60,647 nucleotides of DNA from a virus (taxonomy: Duplodnaviria; Caudoviricetes), in IMG/VR virus record IMGVR_UViG_3300005805_000094, positions 1-60,647 of that record; one strand, 5' to 3'. This document shows positions 6,072-14,210 of the stretch, in pieces. Positions within the stretch are counted from its first letter, which is position 1; the number at the start of each line of letters is the position of its first letter. The position numbers and the translations under genes are program-made. The notes under the pieces are model-generated. The model made no database searches and was not told where the DNA came from. It worked only from the letters and a program-made list of their open reading frames with translations.

Positions 6072-6305
6072 GCAACACTCGCGCACGATAGGCGCGCACA
6101 CTCTCGCAATCGTTGAGAGTGTGCGCGCCTTTATCGTTTACGCGCTCACACTCTCGCGCAATCTCTCGCGCTCACACTCTGAGCAAGGCAAGCGCCCTAC
6201 CGCAAAAGGCGCGCCACAATCGCGCCAGACGCGCGCAAGGCACGCGCCTAGTGTCATACAAGCCCAGACAATTTTGGCACGCTTAAAACGCGTCTAAACG
6301 CGGCT

Positions 6306-6390
6306 TGTTAGGCTGACCTAACAGCGGGCGAACAAGTGTTCGCCGAACAAGTGTTCGGTCGGGGACACTTATCCACAGCCCTGTGGATAA
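6306..6390. promoter_or_regulatory. IdeR-like palindrome, two LexA boxes, inverted DnaA box pair
   Basis: TGTTAGGCTGACCTAACA (6306-6323); CGAACAAGTGTTCG x2 (6329, 6344); TTATCCACA-GCCC-TGTGGATAA (6369-6390). Confidence 0.75.
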
Positions 6391-6516
6391 ATACCCCCCC
6401 CTATCTGACCACGCTGAGCGTTCGAGTGGGCGCCGCACTAAGCACTCCCCAAATCTGGAGCCTAATTCACCTGTATAGGTAGCCTTGCCTAATCCTTATA
6501 CTTGATATCATAACAA

Positions 6517-6587
6517 CGGAGTATCGGCTGGAATTGCTTTCCGGCCTTTCTACCGCTGACAGACCGGTACCGATACTTCGTCTGTCA
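6517..6587 (+). ncRNA. Candidate 5'-leader RNA: three-way junction plus pseudoknot
   Basis: 11-bp P1, P2, P3, and P3 loop TGACAGA complementary to TCTGTCA at 6581-6587. Confidence 0.45.
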
Positions 6588-6612
6588 CTCAACGAAAGGA
6601 CGATTACACCCA

Positions 6613-6846
6613 ATGACTTACCGAAGCACTTACTACCTAAACATCACAGAAAAGCAAATGCAACTGCTTGAAGAACTTGTCAAGCAGGAACGACAACGCT
6701 TGTTTGAAGAAAAGAGCGCACGCAACGAGCGAGTAATAGCATTAAAGAATTTGCAAGTTGCCCTATCTAGGTCGATTTACTTTTACGATAAGCATTCCGC
6801 CGCAGATAAAAGTAAACGGAATGGCATTAAAGGACAATCAGCATGA
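6613..6846 (+). CDS. Hypothetical protein
   Basis: ORF with AAAGGA SD; overlaps the next gene (ATGA). Confidence 0.7.
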   Translation: MTYRSTYYLNITEKQMQLLEELVKQERQRLFEEKSARNERVIALKNLQVALSRSIYFYDKHSAADKSKRNGIKGQSA

Positions 6847-7250
6847 ACGAACTACAACTCAAAGTTGAAGCACTCAGAAAGAAAATTAACCCGTCCTATG
6901 GACAGTATGTAACGGTTGATGAAGGTTGGTATCAAATCATTGTTGACTGTGATAATGAACTGACTGCAATCGACCCTAATTACTCCATCCTGCAAATCAA
7001 AGAGAAGTTTGGTGGACTGCGCTACTACATGTCTCCTTCAAACGATACGACCGTAGAACAAAGAGACGAGATGCATAAGGTCATATCAAAGTACGAAGCG
7101 GTAGCCGCTCAGACTTGTGAAGCAACAGGCAAGCCCGGCGTTCTTATGAAGTCAGTTGGTGGCTGGCTTAAAACAGTAAACCCTGAATACGCCGCCTCTG
7201 CCCGTCACTACGCACGGTATGCAGTTGTTAGCCCTAGTGTTGAATCATGA
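6843..7250 (+). CDS. Conserved phage hypothetical protein
   Basis: GW..QIKEKFGGLRYY..TCE.TG.PG motif common in phages. Confidence 0.8.
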   Translation: MNELQLKVEALRKKINPSYGQYVTVDEGWYQIIVDCDNELTAIDPNYSILQIKEKFGGLRYYMSPSNDTTVEQRDEMHKVISKYEAVAAQTCEATGKPGVLMKSVGGWLKTVNPEYAASARHYARYAVVSPSVES

Positions 7251-7426
7251 ACAAACACTCAGGTATTGTCTTTCATCACAATTGTGTCAAATGCGATAAG
7301 TCCATGATTGACTCAGACGGCACACATATTGGTGGATTTATGACATCCATTCACCCTTTTGATACTCCGGATGAAGCAATTATCGCTAAATGGTGCTGGT
7401 CATGCGCGATAAAATTCAAACCATGA
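7247..7426 (+). CDS. Small Zn-finger-like protein (59 aa), not in ORF track
   Basis: CVKC...CWSC; ATGA coupling at both ends. Confidence 0.6.
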   Translation: MNKHSGIVFHHNCVKCDKSMIDSDGTHIGGFMTSIHPFDTPDEAIIAKWCWSCAIKFKP

Positions 7427-7566
7427 GGTATCTCTTTTATATCTATGGGGTCGTTGTAGGTATTGGCATTGGCGTGTTCATAGGTATCTCTTATAAAACT
7501 TTTCGCAAATAGTCTTTACATATAACTGCGTAACACTCCTTGTATATGTTAACAAGGAGAAAACCA

Positions 7567-7818
7567 ATGCTTGAATCAGTAACCACACCCCTAATCGCAA
7601 TCCTCCCCACAGATGGTGGAGAGTTAAAAATGTACGGACCGTTTGATAATGGAATTGCCGCACTTGAGTGGTATGAGAGACAACCCAAAGACGTAAGGAT
7701 TACCTTCAGGCCGTTGCGCAATCCTGATGTCGTTAGGACCTACAACGACTTCTATTTACCCATATGGATAGAGAACGAAGATAGGGAGTTCTCAGTCGTC
7801 GCGAGGACGAGCCAGTAA
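7567..7818 (+). CDS. Hypothetical protein
   Basis: AAGGAG SD before ATG 7567. Confidence 0.7.
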   Translation: MLESVTTPLIAILPTDGGELKMYGPFDNGIAALEWYERQPKDVRITFRPLRNPDVVRTYNDFYLPIWIENEDREFSVVARTSQ

Positions 7819-8097
7819 GCGCTGGGCCCTCAGAATAAGGCTGCGTTCACGGGCGCTTTTGCCTCCCCAGATACCAAAGCGTTCGTTTGTATCCAAGGCG
7901 AAATCAAGACACTCCATCCGAACGGAGCATTCTTTACAAATACTCTTTGCTCTTCGTAGTCTTTCCACATCTCCGGGTGCGGGGTAGAAAGTATCTACTG
8001 GTTCATCTAAGCAGTTTCTGTTTCTTATCCATTTAGGTCGGTTCATCTGAATTCCGATAGTTGGATAATCAAGGTCGTACTCATCCCATTGCGCCAT
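7792..8097 (-). CDS. whiB: WhiB family transcription factor
   Basis: C..FYP..AKSICKECSVRMEC..GIWGG signature. Confidence 0.93.
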   Translation of the reverse strand: MAQWDEYDLDYPTIGIQMNRPKWIRNRNCLDEPVDTFYPAPGDVERLRRAKSICKECSVRMECLDFALDTNERFGIWGGKSARERSLILRAQRLLARPRDD

Positions 8098-8260
8098 AAG
8101 TGTGCGATAGTGTAACAGAGTATGCAACTGCAATCGGTGGTTGTTGTTATTGGGTGTGTGCTACTGTGTGTGTTATGAATTTCGCAATAGAACGTAAACA
8201 GAAAAGCAAACCGGCGGGATGCATAAATACAAAAGGGGTCGAATAGTTGTGATATACGAG

Positions 8261-8449
8261 ATGGTCATGAAAAAAATTTCGTTTTCGAATGACGAGGCCC
8301 GTAAAGAACTTTTGGCCCATTTAGTAAATGAGCAAACCATCGGCTGGCATTCAGTATCGCCACCACCTAGTGAGCGGTCTCTTGTTCTTCGCAAGATGAT
8401 TCAACAAATTCATCAGGCGTTAGAGGAGCATGAAAATGCAGGACGATGA
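8261..8449 (+). CDS. Hypothetical protein
   Basis: ORF in a coupled operon. Confidence 0.55.
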   Translation: MVMKKISFSNDEARKELLAHLVNEQTIGWHSVSPPPSERSLVLRKMIQQIHQALEEHENAGR

Positions 8450-8903
8450 TTCGCTATACGACAACCCAGAAAACGACCTTGAGTATCAATTGGATTTATT
8501 TTGGGACGACGTTTTGTTAGGAGAAGACGAACCTTCTGGTTTGACTTATATACCGGTTCATGTCATCGAAGACGCAATAGAACGTCTCAAGCGCTATCAA
8601 GTTGTTGTAGAGAATCTGACAAAAGTAGGAGATTTCCTATGGCTAGAGAATTTAAAAAAATACGGAGGCAGAAAGATTCACGAAAGAGAAACACCAAGAG
8701 GTTCAATAAACGACAAGGTGTTTAGGAATATGAGTGCATTTGTAAATAAGTTGGGCGATGAAATCACTCTTGATGATGCATATGTGGAACTTGCGTTGTC
8801 AATGGTCAGGATTGACCAAGGAGACCCAACAGGGTTTGCGCAGTATTTGAATAAAGAAGATGATTTGTTTGAAAGACTGGATAGCGAGATTGGCGATGGC
8901 TGA
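8430..8903 (+). CDS. Acidic hypothetical protein
   Basis: GAGGAG SD, 157 aa. Confidence 0.75.
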   Translation: MKMQDDDSLYDNPENDLEYQLDLFWDDVLLGEDEPSGLTYIPVHVIEDAIERLKRYQVVVENLTKVGDFLWLENLKKYGGRKIHERETPRGSINDKVFRNMSAFVNKLGDEITLDDAYVELALSMVRIDQGDPTGFAQYLNKEDDLFERLDSEIGDG

Positions 8904-9213
8904 AAAAGTAAGAGTGATGCCTGTTTCGAAAGAACCAAGAAAACTCAGCGAGGCAGACGCAGCAAGACTGCGTCGTAGGCGAGAAGCGCTTGATGCATTA
9001 AGGAAGCAAACCAAAATTGCGGAAAACCGCTTGAGGTGGGATATTTTCAACACATGGCGCGTTGGCGGTGGAACCTTGGTTGCGATTGCCGAAGCGACCA
9101 ACTATCGAAAAGATTGGGTGTGGAGACTAATCAACAGAATCAGGAACAACGATAAGTTTTTGCAAATGGCTATTGACGAATATTTGAAAGACAACCCAGA
9201 TGCAACACTCTGA
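8896..9213 (+). CDS. Putative HTH-like DNA-binding protein
   Basis: GTLVAIAEATNYRKDWVWRLI helix-turn-helix-like segment. Confidence 0.55.
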   Translation: MAEKVRVMPVSKEPRKLSEADAARLRRRREALDALRKQTKIAENRLRWDIFNTWRVGGGTLVAIAEATNYRKDWVWRLINRIRNNDKFLQMAIDEYLKDNPDATL

Positions 9214-9457
9214 TGAGTCAATCCCACTTCGGGACCGCCTTACCTATCCGGCTGGCGCAAACGAAGAAAAATATCCATATGACGAATGGTTTGATGGTTC
9301 GGTTTGGAAATTAAAAATGTACGAAGATTTTTTTGTGCATCCCGGGTCTATGCGTTCCGCTTTATATCACGCTGCACGCAAAAGAAACTTTAAAGTAAAA
9401 GTACACATACCTACAACAGAAGATGCGGTTTATGTTCAGGTGATAGATAATGAATGA
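9200..9457 (+). CDS. Hypothetical protein
   Basis: KYPYDEWFDG..W.L..EDF motif seen in phage small proteins. Confidence 0.7.
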   Translation: MQHSDESIPLRDRLTYPAGANEEKYPYDEWFDGSVWKLKMYEDFFVHPGSMRSALYHAARKRNFKVKVHIPTTEDAVYVQVIDNE

Positions 9458-10040
9458 TGAAAAAACTTCAAATGACTATCAACAAAGCATGGAGACAGCA
9501 GATGTAAGAATGAGCCTTGTTGTTAGGAAGGGTGCAATGATTATCGAACTCATGAAAGGCGGGCTGACTCCTACGCGGGCCGCTGAAGTGGCGGAGATTT
9601 CAAAAAACACAGTTTCCAACTGGATTAAACGAGGCCTGACAGAACAACGAAGATTGGAACAAGGCGGAGAACCCGACTTAAACGAAAAAATTTATATGGA
9701 TTTTGCTCTCGGTGCACTCAAGGCAGAATCGGAAGCGCAATCAGGTTTGGTTCTTGCTTGGTTTAGGGAGGCAAGACAAGGAGACTGGAAGGCAGCAGAG
9801 CGATTCTTGGCTAAACGTTGGCCACAAGAATGGGGCGATAACAACACCGTCAAACTAGAAGTGTCGGCAATGGGAATACAGTCAGATGCTCCAACTCTTC
9901 AGTCCCAAGAAGAAGACGACTCAAAAAAGCGAGCAGTTCTTGCCGCGTTGGTTGAAGCAGGCGACTTACCAAGCAATGTTTTAAGCGCGTGGGATAAGGA
10001 TGATGTAATTGATGCGGAAGTAGTAGAAGATGATGATTGA
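9450..10040 (+). CDS. Putative terminase small subunit
   Basis: N-terminal HTH, DWKAAERFLAKRWPQEWG motif, position before terL. Confidence 0.7.
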   Translation: MNDEKTSNDYQQSMETADVRMSLVVRKGAMIIELMKGGLTPTRAAEVAEISKNTVSNWIKRGLTEQRRLEQGGEPDLNEKIYMDFALGALKAESEAQSGLVLAWFREARQGDWKAAERFLAKRWPQEWGDNNTVKLEVSAMGIQSDAPTLQSQEEDDSKKRAVLAALVEAGDLPSNVLSAWDKDDVIDAEVVEDDD

Positions 10041-10131
10041 TACCAAATTGACACCAGCGGGCGCTAAGTGTCCGTGTTCTCCGGTAAACAATAATCCATT
10101 TTGCGATTCAAACCAAGACGATGACGACTAG
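10030..10131 (+). CDS. Possible 33-aa Cys-rich peptide
   Basis: Fills the terS-terL gap, overlapping both; CPC..FC. Confidence 0.3.
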   Translation: MMIDTKLTPAGAKCPCSPVNNNPFCDSNQDDDD

Positions 10132-11458
10132 AGAAAACGTTCGCGCGCAACTTGCGAGTCTTGCTGACTACAAAGTCCCTTGCGGGATAAACCTTCCTCA
10201 CAACATGCACCCCAAACAGGGCGCGTTTTTAACATGGTCAACAACCAGAGAGGCCTTATATGGTGGCGCTGCTGGTGGAGGTAAGTCTGACGCCTTACTA
10301 ATGGCCGCATTGCAGTACGTATGCATTCCCGGGTATTCAGCACTTCTTTTACGACAAACATATCCACAGTTAGCGGGTCCTGATGGATTTATCGACCGAT
10401 GCAATGCATGGCTGTCGGGAACAGATGCAACGTATGTTGGAACAAACAAACGATGGACATTCCCGTCTGGCGCAACACTGTCATTTGACCACTGTGAAAG
10501 AGATGACGACAGATACAAGTTTCAATCTTTTGCTTATCACTTTGTTGGAGTAGACGAATTGACTCAGTGGAAGACGGACCGTGTTTATCGATACGTAGGA
10601 TTTTCCCGAGTTAGAAAACCATCAACCTCTGATGCGTTGCTCAGGTGCCCAACTTGTGGCATGTCTTCGGCGGATATCCCTCTTCGTGTGAGGGCTGCCA
10701 CCAACCCTGGAGGCCCAGGCAATAACTGGGTGTACGAGCGTTTCATCCTTGGGAAAACTCAAGAAAGAAAATTTATGCCTGCAAAAATTTCGGATAACCC
10801 CTCTCTTGACGCGGGCACATACATCAAGTCTTTGGATGAATTGGACGCAATAGAGCGAGCAAGATTGCTTGACGGAAACTGGGAAGTTCGAGAAGAAGGC
10901 GGGATGTTCAAGCGAGAGTGGTTTACAATAACTGGCGTCTTTCCAGAAGATATGCAAAAAGTTCGCTATTGGGATTTGGCTGCTACTGCACCCAAACACG
11001 GCAGTGACCCAGACTGGACGGTTGGCGCCTTGGTGGGTCACAAAGAAGGAAGATATTTTGTTCTTGATGTTCGACGGATGAGGGGCACCCCTTATGATGT
11101 TGAAAAGTTAATCAAAATCACATCGGAAGAAGATGGGATTTCAACAAGGATTGTTATGGAACAAGAACCCGGTTCTTCTGGGGTAAACGTGATTGACCAC
11201 TACGCTCGGCATGTAGTGCCAGGCTTTAACTTCAAAGGTCAAAAATCAAACACATCCAAGAAAGATAGAGCAGGCGTTTTTTCCGCTGCGTCTGAGGCGG
11301 GTAACGTCATGTTGGCTCGAGCCACTTGGAATACTCCTTTCCTAGATGAATGCGAAGTGTTTCCCTACGGAGCCCACGATGACCAAGTCGACGCGATATC
11401 GGGCGCAATCCAAGCCCTTGTCTCACGAAAAATGAAACAGGTTAGAATTATTGTATGA
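10121..11458 (+). CDS. terL: Terminase large subunit
   Basis: Walker A YGGAAGGGKS, Walker B VGVDE, ATNPGG coupling motif, nuclease WDLA..HDDQVDA. Confidence 0.95.
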   Translation: MTTRENVRAQLASLADYKVPCGINLPHNMHPKQGAFLTWSTTREALYGGAAGGGKSDALLMAALQYVCIPGYSALLLRQTYPQLAGPDGFIDRCNAWLSGTDATYVGTNKRWTFPSGATLSFDHCERDDDRYKFQSFAYHFVGVDELTQWKTDRVYRYVGFSRVRKPSTSDALLRCPTCGMSSADIPLRVRAATNPGGPGNNWVYERFILGKTQERKFMPAKISDNPSLDAGTYIKSLDELDAIERARLLDGNWEVREEGGMFKREWFTITGVFPEDMQKVRYWDLAATAPKHGSDPDWTVGALVGHKEGRYFVLDVRRMRGTPYDVEKLIKITSEEDGISTRIVMEQEPGSSGVNVIDHYARHVVPGFNFKGQKSNTSKKDRAGVFSAASEAGNVMLARATWNTPFLDECEVFPYGAHDDQVDAISGAIQALVSRKMKQVRIIV

Positions 11459-11925
11459 AAAAATTCTCCCACAAAGGATATTGTGAAGGGCGAAAACAAA
11501 ATTGTAAATATAAAAAGTGCGGGGCATTTGGAAATCTATATTTAGTTAACGGACAAATTGATACTCTTGCAAGGCTAAAAGGCTGTATGGATAAGCCTTT
11601 TAGTTTACCTAAAAACAAACTTGAGCCAACACCACTTAACTTTGCTTCCAATAAAACAAAAAACAATGCTGCCAAAAGAGAAGAAGTCCGGCGTATAGTC
11701 ACGCAACGCGACATGGGGTTGTGTCAGGCAAAGTTCCTGGTAGGGTCAATTACATGTTCAGCACGTCTGGACATTGACGAAATCATCCCTAGGGGTCGAG
11801 GAGGCAACTACTTAGACCCAGATAACTGCCAGGTACTGTGCAGAGCGCACCACCGGTGGAAGCACGATAACCCAGCCGAGGCTGAAAGGTTAGGACTTAC
11901 AAAGTCTCTACCCCCTCGTTCCTGA
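11455..11925 (+). CDS. HNH endonuclease
   Basis: RD..CQ..DEIIPRGRGG..NCQVLCRAHH..KH. Confidence 0.8.
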   Translation: MKKFSHKGYCEGRKQNCKYKKCGAFGNLYLVNGQIDTLARLKGCMDKPFSLPKNKLEPTPLNFASNKTKNNAAKREEVRRIVTQRDMGLCQAKFLVGSITCSARLDIDEIIPRGRGGNYLDPDNCQVLCRAHHRWKHDNPAEAERLGLTKSLPPRS

Positions 11926-11939
11926 CGATAGGAGTATTC

Positions 11940-12686
11940 ATGATTAGCAAAGAAGCAATAATTGGCTTTACCCTGTGGCTTTTAACAGCAATAGGAGTTG
12001 GAGCCACAAACGGTGGAATTACAAGACAAGAAACGCAAAGCCAAGCCACCTCAAGCATTTCCGTAATTCATCGCTCGGTTCGGATGGTCGAGGGGAGTGA
12101 AGGCGCTTTTCTTAACAAGCGTCAAGCAATACTTCAAGTCGTTTTTGTCTTCAATGAACGCAGCGAGAACGTTAGTCGGCTTCAGGAAAATCTTGGAGTC
12201 CTTGTGGACGGACACTATGGCAAGGCTACGAGAAGCGCTCATTTGGCCGCTCTTGAGACTTTTGGGATGGAGACATCATTTGTCCCGGCATTACCCAATC
12301 CAATCACTGACGGCAATAAGCGTCGCTACAACATTTCCGAGGACCTAACTCATAGATGTCCACAGTTTGAACCACTGTTTGCTCAGTATGGGCTTGAACC
12401 AGTAGAGGTTTTTTCTTATATTGCTTATCGTGAGTCGCGGTGTAATCCGGCTGCCGTTAATGCCAAATTTGACTCAAAGGGCAATATTACATGGACCCTA
12501 AATAAGGACGGGTCGGTTGATAGAGGTCTTATTCAAATTAACTCCTGTTGGAAGACTGTCACCAAGAATGTATGCGGGACAGGACTCGAAGGCCTGTTTG
12601 ATGTTCACTGCAATCTTAAGGTCGCCAAATACATTATGGACAACTCAAAAGGCGGTCTATCAAACTGGAACGTCTGGAACAAGTAG
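11940..12686 (+). CDS. Secreted lytic transglycosylase (SLT-like) with peptidoglycan-binding segment
   Basis: Signal/TM N-terminus, LQ..LG..VDG.YG..T, RESRCNP.AVN..DRGLIQIN. Confidence 0.8.
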   Translation: MISKEAIIGFTLWLLTAIGVGATNGGITRQETQSQATSSISVIHRSVRMVEGSEGAFLNKRQAILQVVFVFNERSENVSRLQENLGVLVDGHYGKATRSAHLAALETFGMETSFVPALPNPITDGNKRRYNISEDLTHRCPQFEPLFAQYGLEPVEVFSYIAYRESRCNPAAVNAKFDSKGNITWTLNKDGSVDRGLIQINSCWKTVTKNVCGTGLEGLFDVHCNLKVAKYIMDNSKGGLSNWNVWNK

Positions 12687-12704
12687 GTCACCTAGTATGA
12701 AAAT

Positions 12705-13367
12705 ATGCCTGAACTTAACGCCAACATCCCAGCCATTGAGTGTTTTGTCCGCGGTAATTTTTTGCGCAACCAACAGGATTCTTACGACCTAAAGTTCCCT
12801 TGTAATATTTTTGGTGTTGCATCGCTATCCGATAGGGTTCCGATGTTTCACTTCCTCATGGAAGACGGCGGAATCTGGTGGCGAATGCCAATTAATGCAT
12901 TTTGCTGGAAACAAGATGCACCCGAACTAGACATTCATGACCAGGTTCTATGGAACTCATTTTCCCCCTATATAACAGTCACGGTCTTTCACTCACTGCG
13001 TGGAATGCGAATGGAATATCTTGATAGGCACAAGAAAAAACACAAAGGCGAATACCTGATGACATTTGATTGGCACTGGCCTGAACCAAACACCACAAAT
13101 CCGGGATGGTCAGAAAATCCAGGACAACACAAGTGTGGACATTTAATAAAACTCGACGACGGCAATTTCGCAATTCAGCCAAACAACAGGGTGATATTGA
13201 AAGACCCATCATTTACCACAAAACTCGGGCAGCCGGTCATAGAAAGAATTATTAATCAACACATGTTTGCGGTAGAAGATGCTGACAGGTGGGTAACCGA
13301 AGACAGCGAGAACTACTTCTATTCGGTCTCGTCCAGTCAGAATGACCATCATGAAAAGAAAGACTAG
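12705..13367 (+). CDS. Conserved phage hypothetical protein
   Basis: 220 aa; HKCGH..LDDGNFAIQPNNR motif. Confidence 0.75.
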   Translation: MPELNANIPAIECFVRGNFLRNQQDSYDLKFPCNIFGVASLSDRVPMFHFLMEDGGIWWRMPINAFCWKQDAPELDIHDQVLWNSFSPYITVTVFHSLRGMRMEYLDRHKKKHKGEYLMTFDWHWPEPNTTNPGWSENPGQHKCGHLIKLDDGNFAIQPNNRVILKDPSFTTKLGQPVIERIINQHMFAVEDADRWVTEDSENYFYSVSSSQNDHHEKKD

Positions 13368-13551
13368 AGGTCTCCTGCTCGCCACTTTTGGCGTTTTCGC
13401 CCTCTCTGCGTGTGGTTATCAGGGCAGTTATCGTTATGAATGCCAAGACCCCGAAAACTGGAAGGCCGAAAAATGCAATCCGCCGATGTGCAAAGTAGAT
13501 GGAGGGTGTTGGAAAGAATTGGTTGGGTTCGAAGAGGAGACAAACGAATGA
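13342..13551 (+). CDS. Small lipoprotein
   Basis: Lipobox LSAC; Cys-rich. Confidence 0.7.
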   Translation: MTIMKRKTRGLLLATFGVFALSACGYQGSYRYECQDPENWKAEKCNPPMCKVDGGCWKELVGFEEETNE

Positions 13552-13820
13552 AACCGCGTTACACACCAGAGGAACTAGATGCAAGACTTAAGTTTGTTGT
13601 TGGCTGTATTCTCGGCGGAGTTCTTACAATTACGACAATTGGCGTTCTTTACGCGCTTGTTTTCGTCGCACAGCCAATTGGTGCTCAAGCAGAAAACGAC
13701 AAAATGTTTTTTGGGGTTCTTTCTTCGGTAGCCACATTTATTACCGGGACGCTTGCGGGGTTGATGATTTCAACAGGTCGCAATAAAGAACAACCAACAG
13801 AGGAGACTCCAAATGCTTAA
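13548..13820 (+). CDS. Two-TM membrane protein (holin-like candidate)
   Basis: Two hydrophobic helices near the lysin; ATGA coupling. Confidence 0.6.
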   Translation: MKPRYTPEELDARLKFVVGCILGGVLTITTIGVLYALVFVAQPIGAQAENDKMFFGVLSSVATFITGTLAGLMISTGRNKEQPTEETPNA

Positions 13821-13923
13821 TCTAATTAGTTGTGTTCTTCTCATCGTGGTTTCTTTTGCGTGCGGAAAAGTAGTGGCAGAAAAAAAATGTCACTGCGCAA
13901 CTTGCAAATGTGAGGGGGAGTGA
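13813..13923 (+). CDS. Small membrane peptide (36 aa), not in ORF track
   Basis: GAGGAG SD; hydrophobic then CHCATCKC. Confidence 0.45.
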   Translation: MLNLISCVLLIVVSFACGKVVAEKKCHCATCKCEGE

Positions 13924-14210
13924 GTATGACTCTCGACGACATCCTAAATACAAACCTTGGGGTAACTCTTGCTTTTGCAATTACTTGGGGTGCAGCAGTA
14001 TGGGCCTATAAGAAAAACGTAGAAGACCACAGCAGACTTGGCGATAAGGTCGACGACGCAAGGGATGAATTAGCAATATCGATTGACAAACTAGGTGAAA
14101 AAATTGATGCTGTTCGCGAAGCAATCTCGCATCATGAGGCTATTTGGCACGCTAGCGTTCGAACAAACAAAAAATCCACTACAAAAACAAATAAAGGCAG
14201 AATAAAATGA
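13920..14210 (+). CDS. Membrane protein with coiled coil
   Basis: One TM plus heptads. Confidence 0.65.
   Translation: MSMTLDDILNTNLGVTLAFAITWGAAVWAYKKNVEDHSRLGDKVDDARDELAISIDKLGEKIDAVREAISHHEAIWHASVRTNKKSTTKTNKGRIK

Noticed and set aside
51-6400. CRISPR array from recurring palindromes
   Set aside because: Repeats are irregularly spaced, of several kinds, and separated by genes rather than uniform spacers; no cas operon
6404-6460. tRNA suggested by GTTCGA
   Set aside because: No cloverleaf or acceptor stem could be formed
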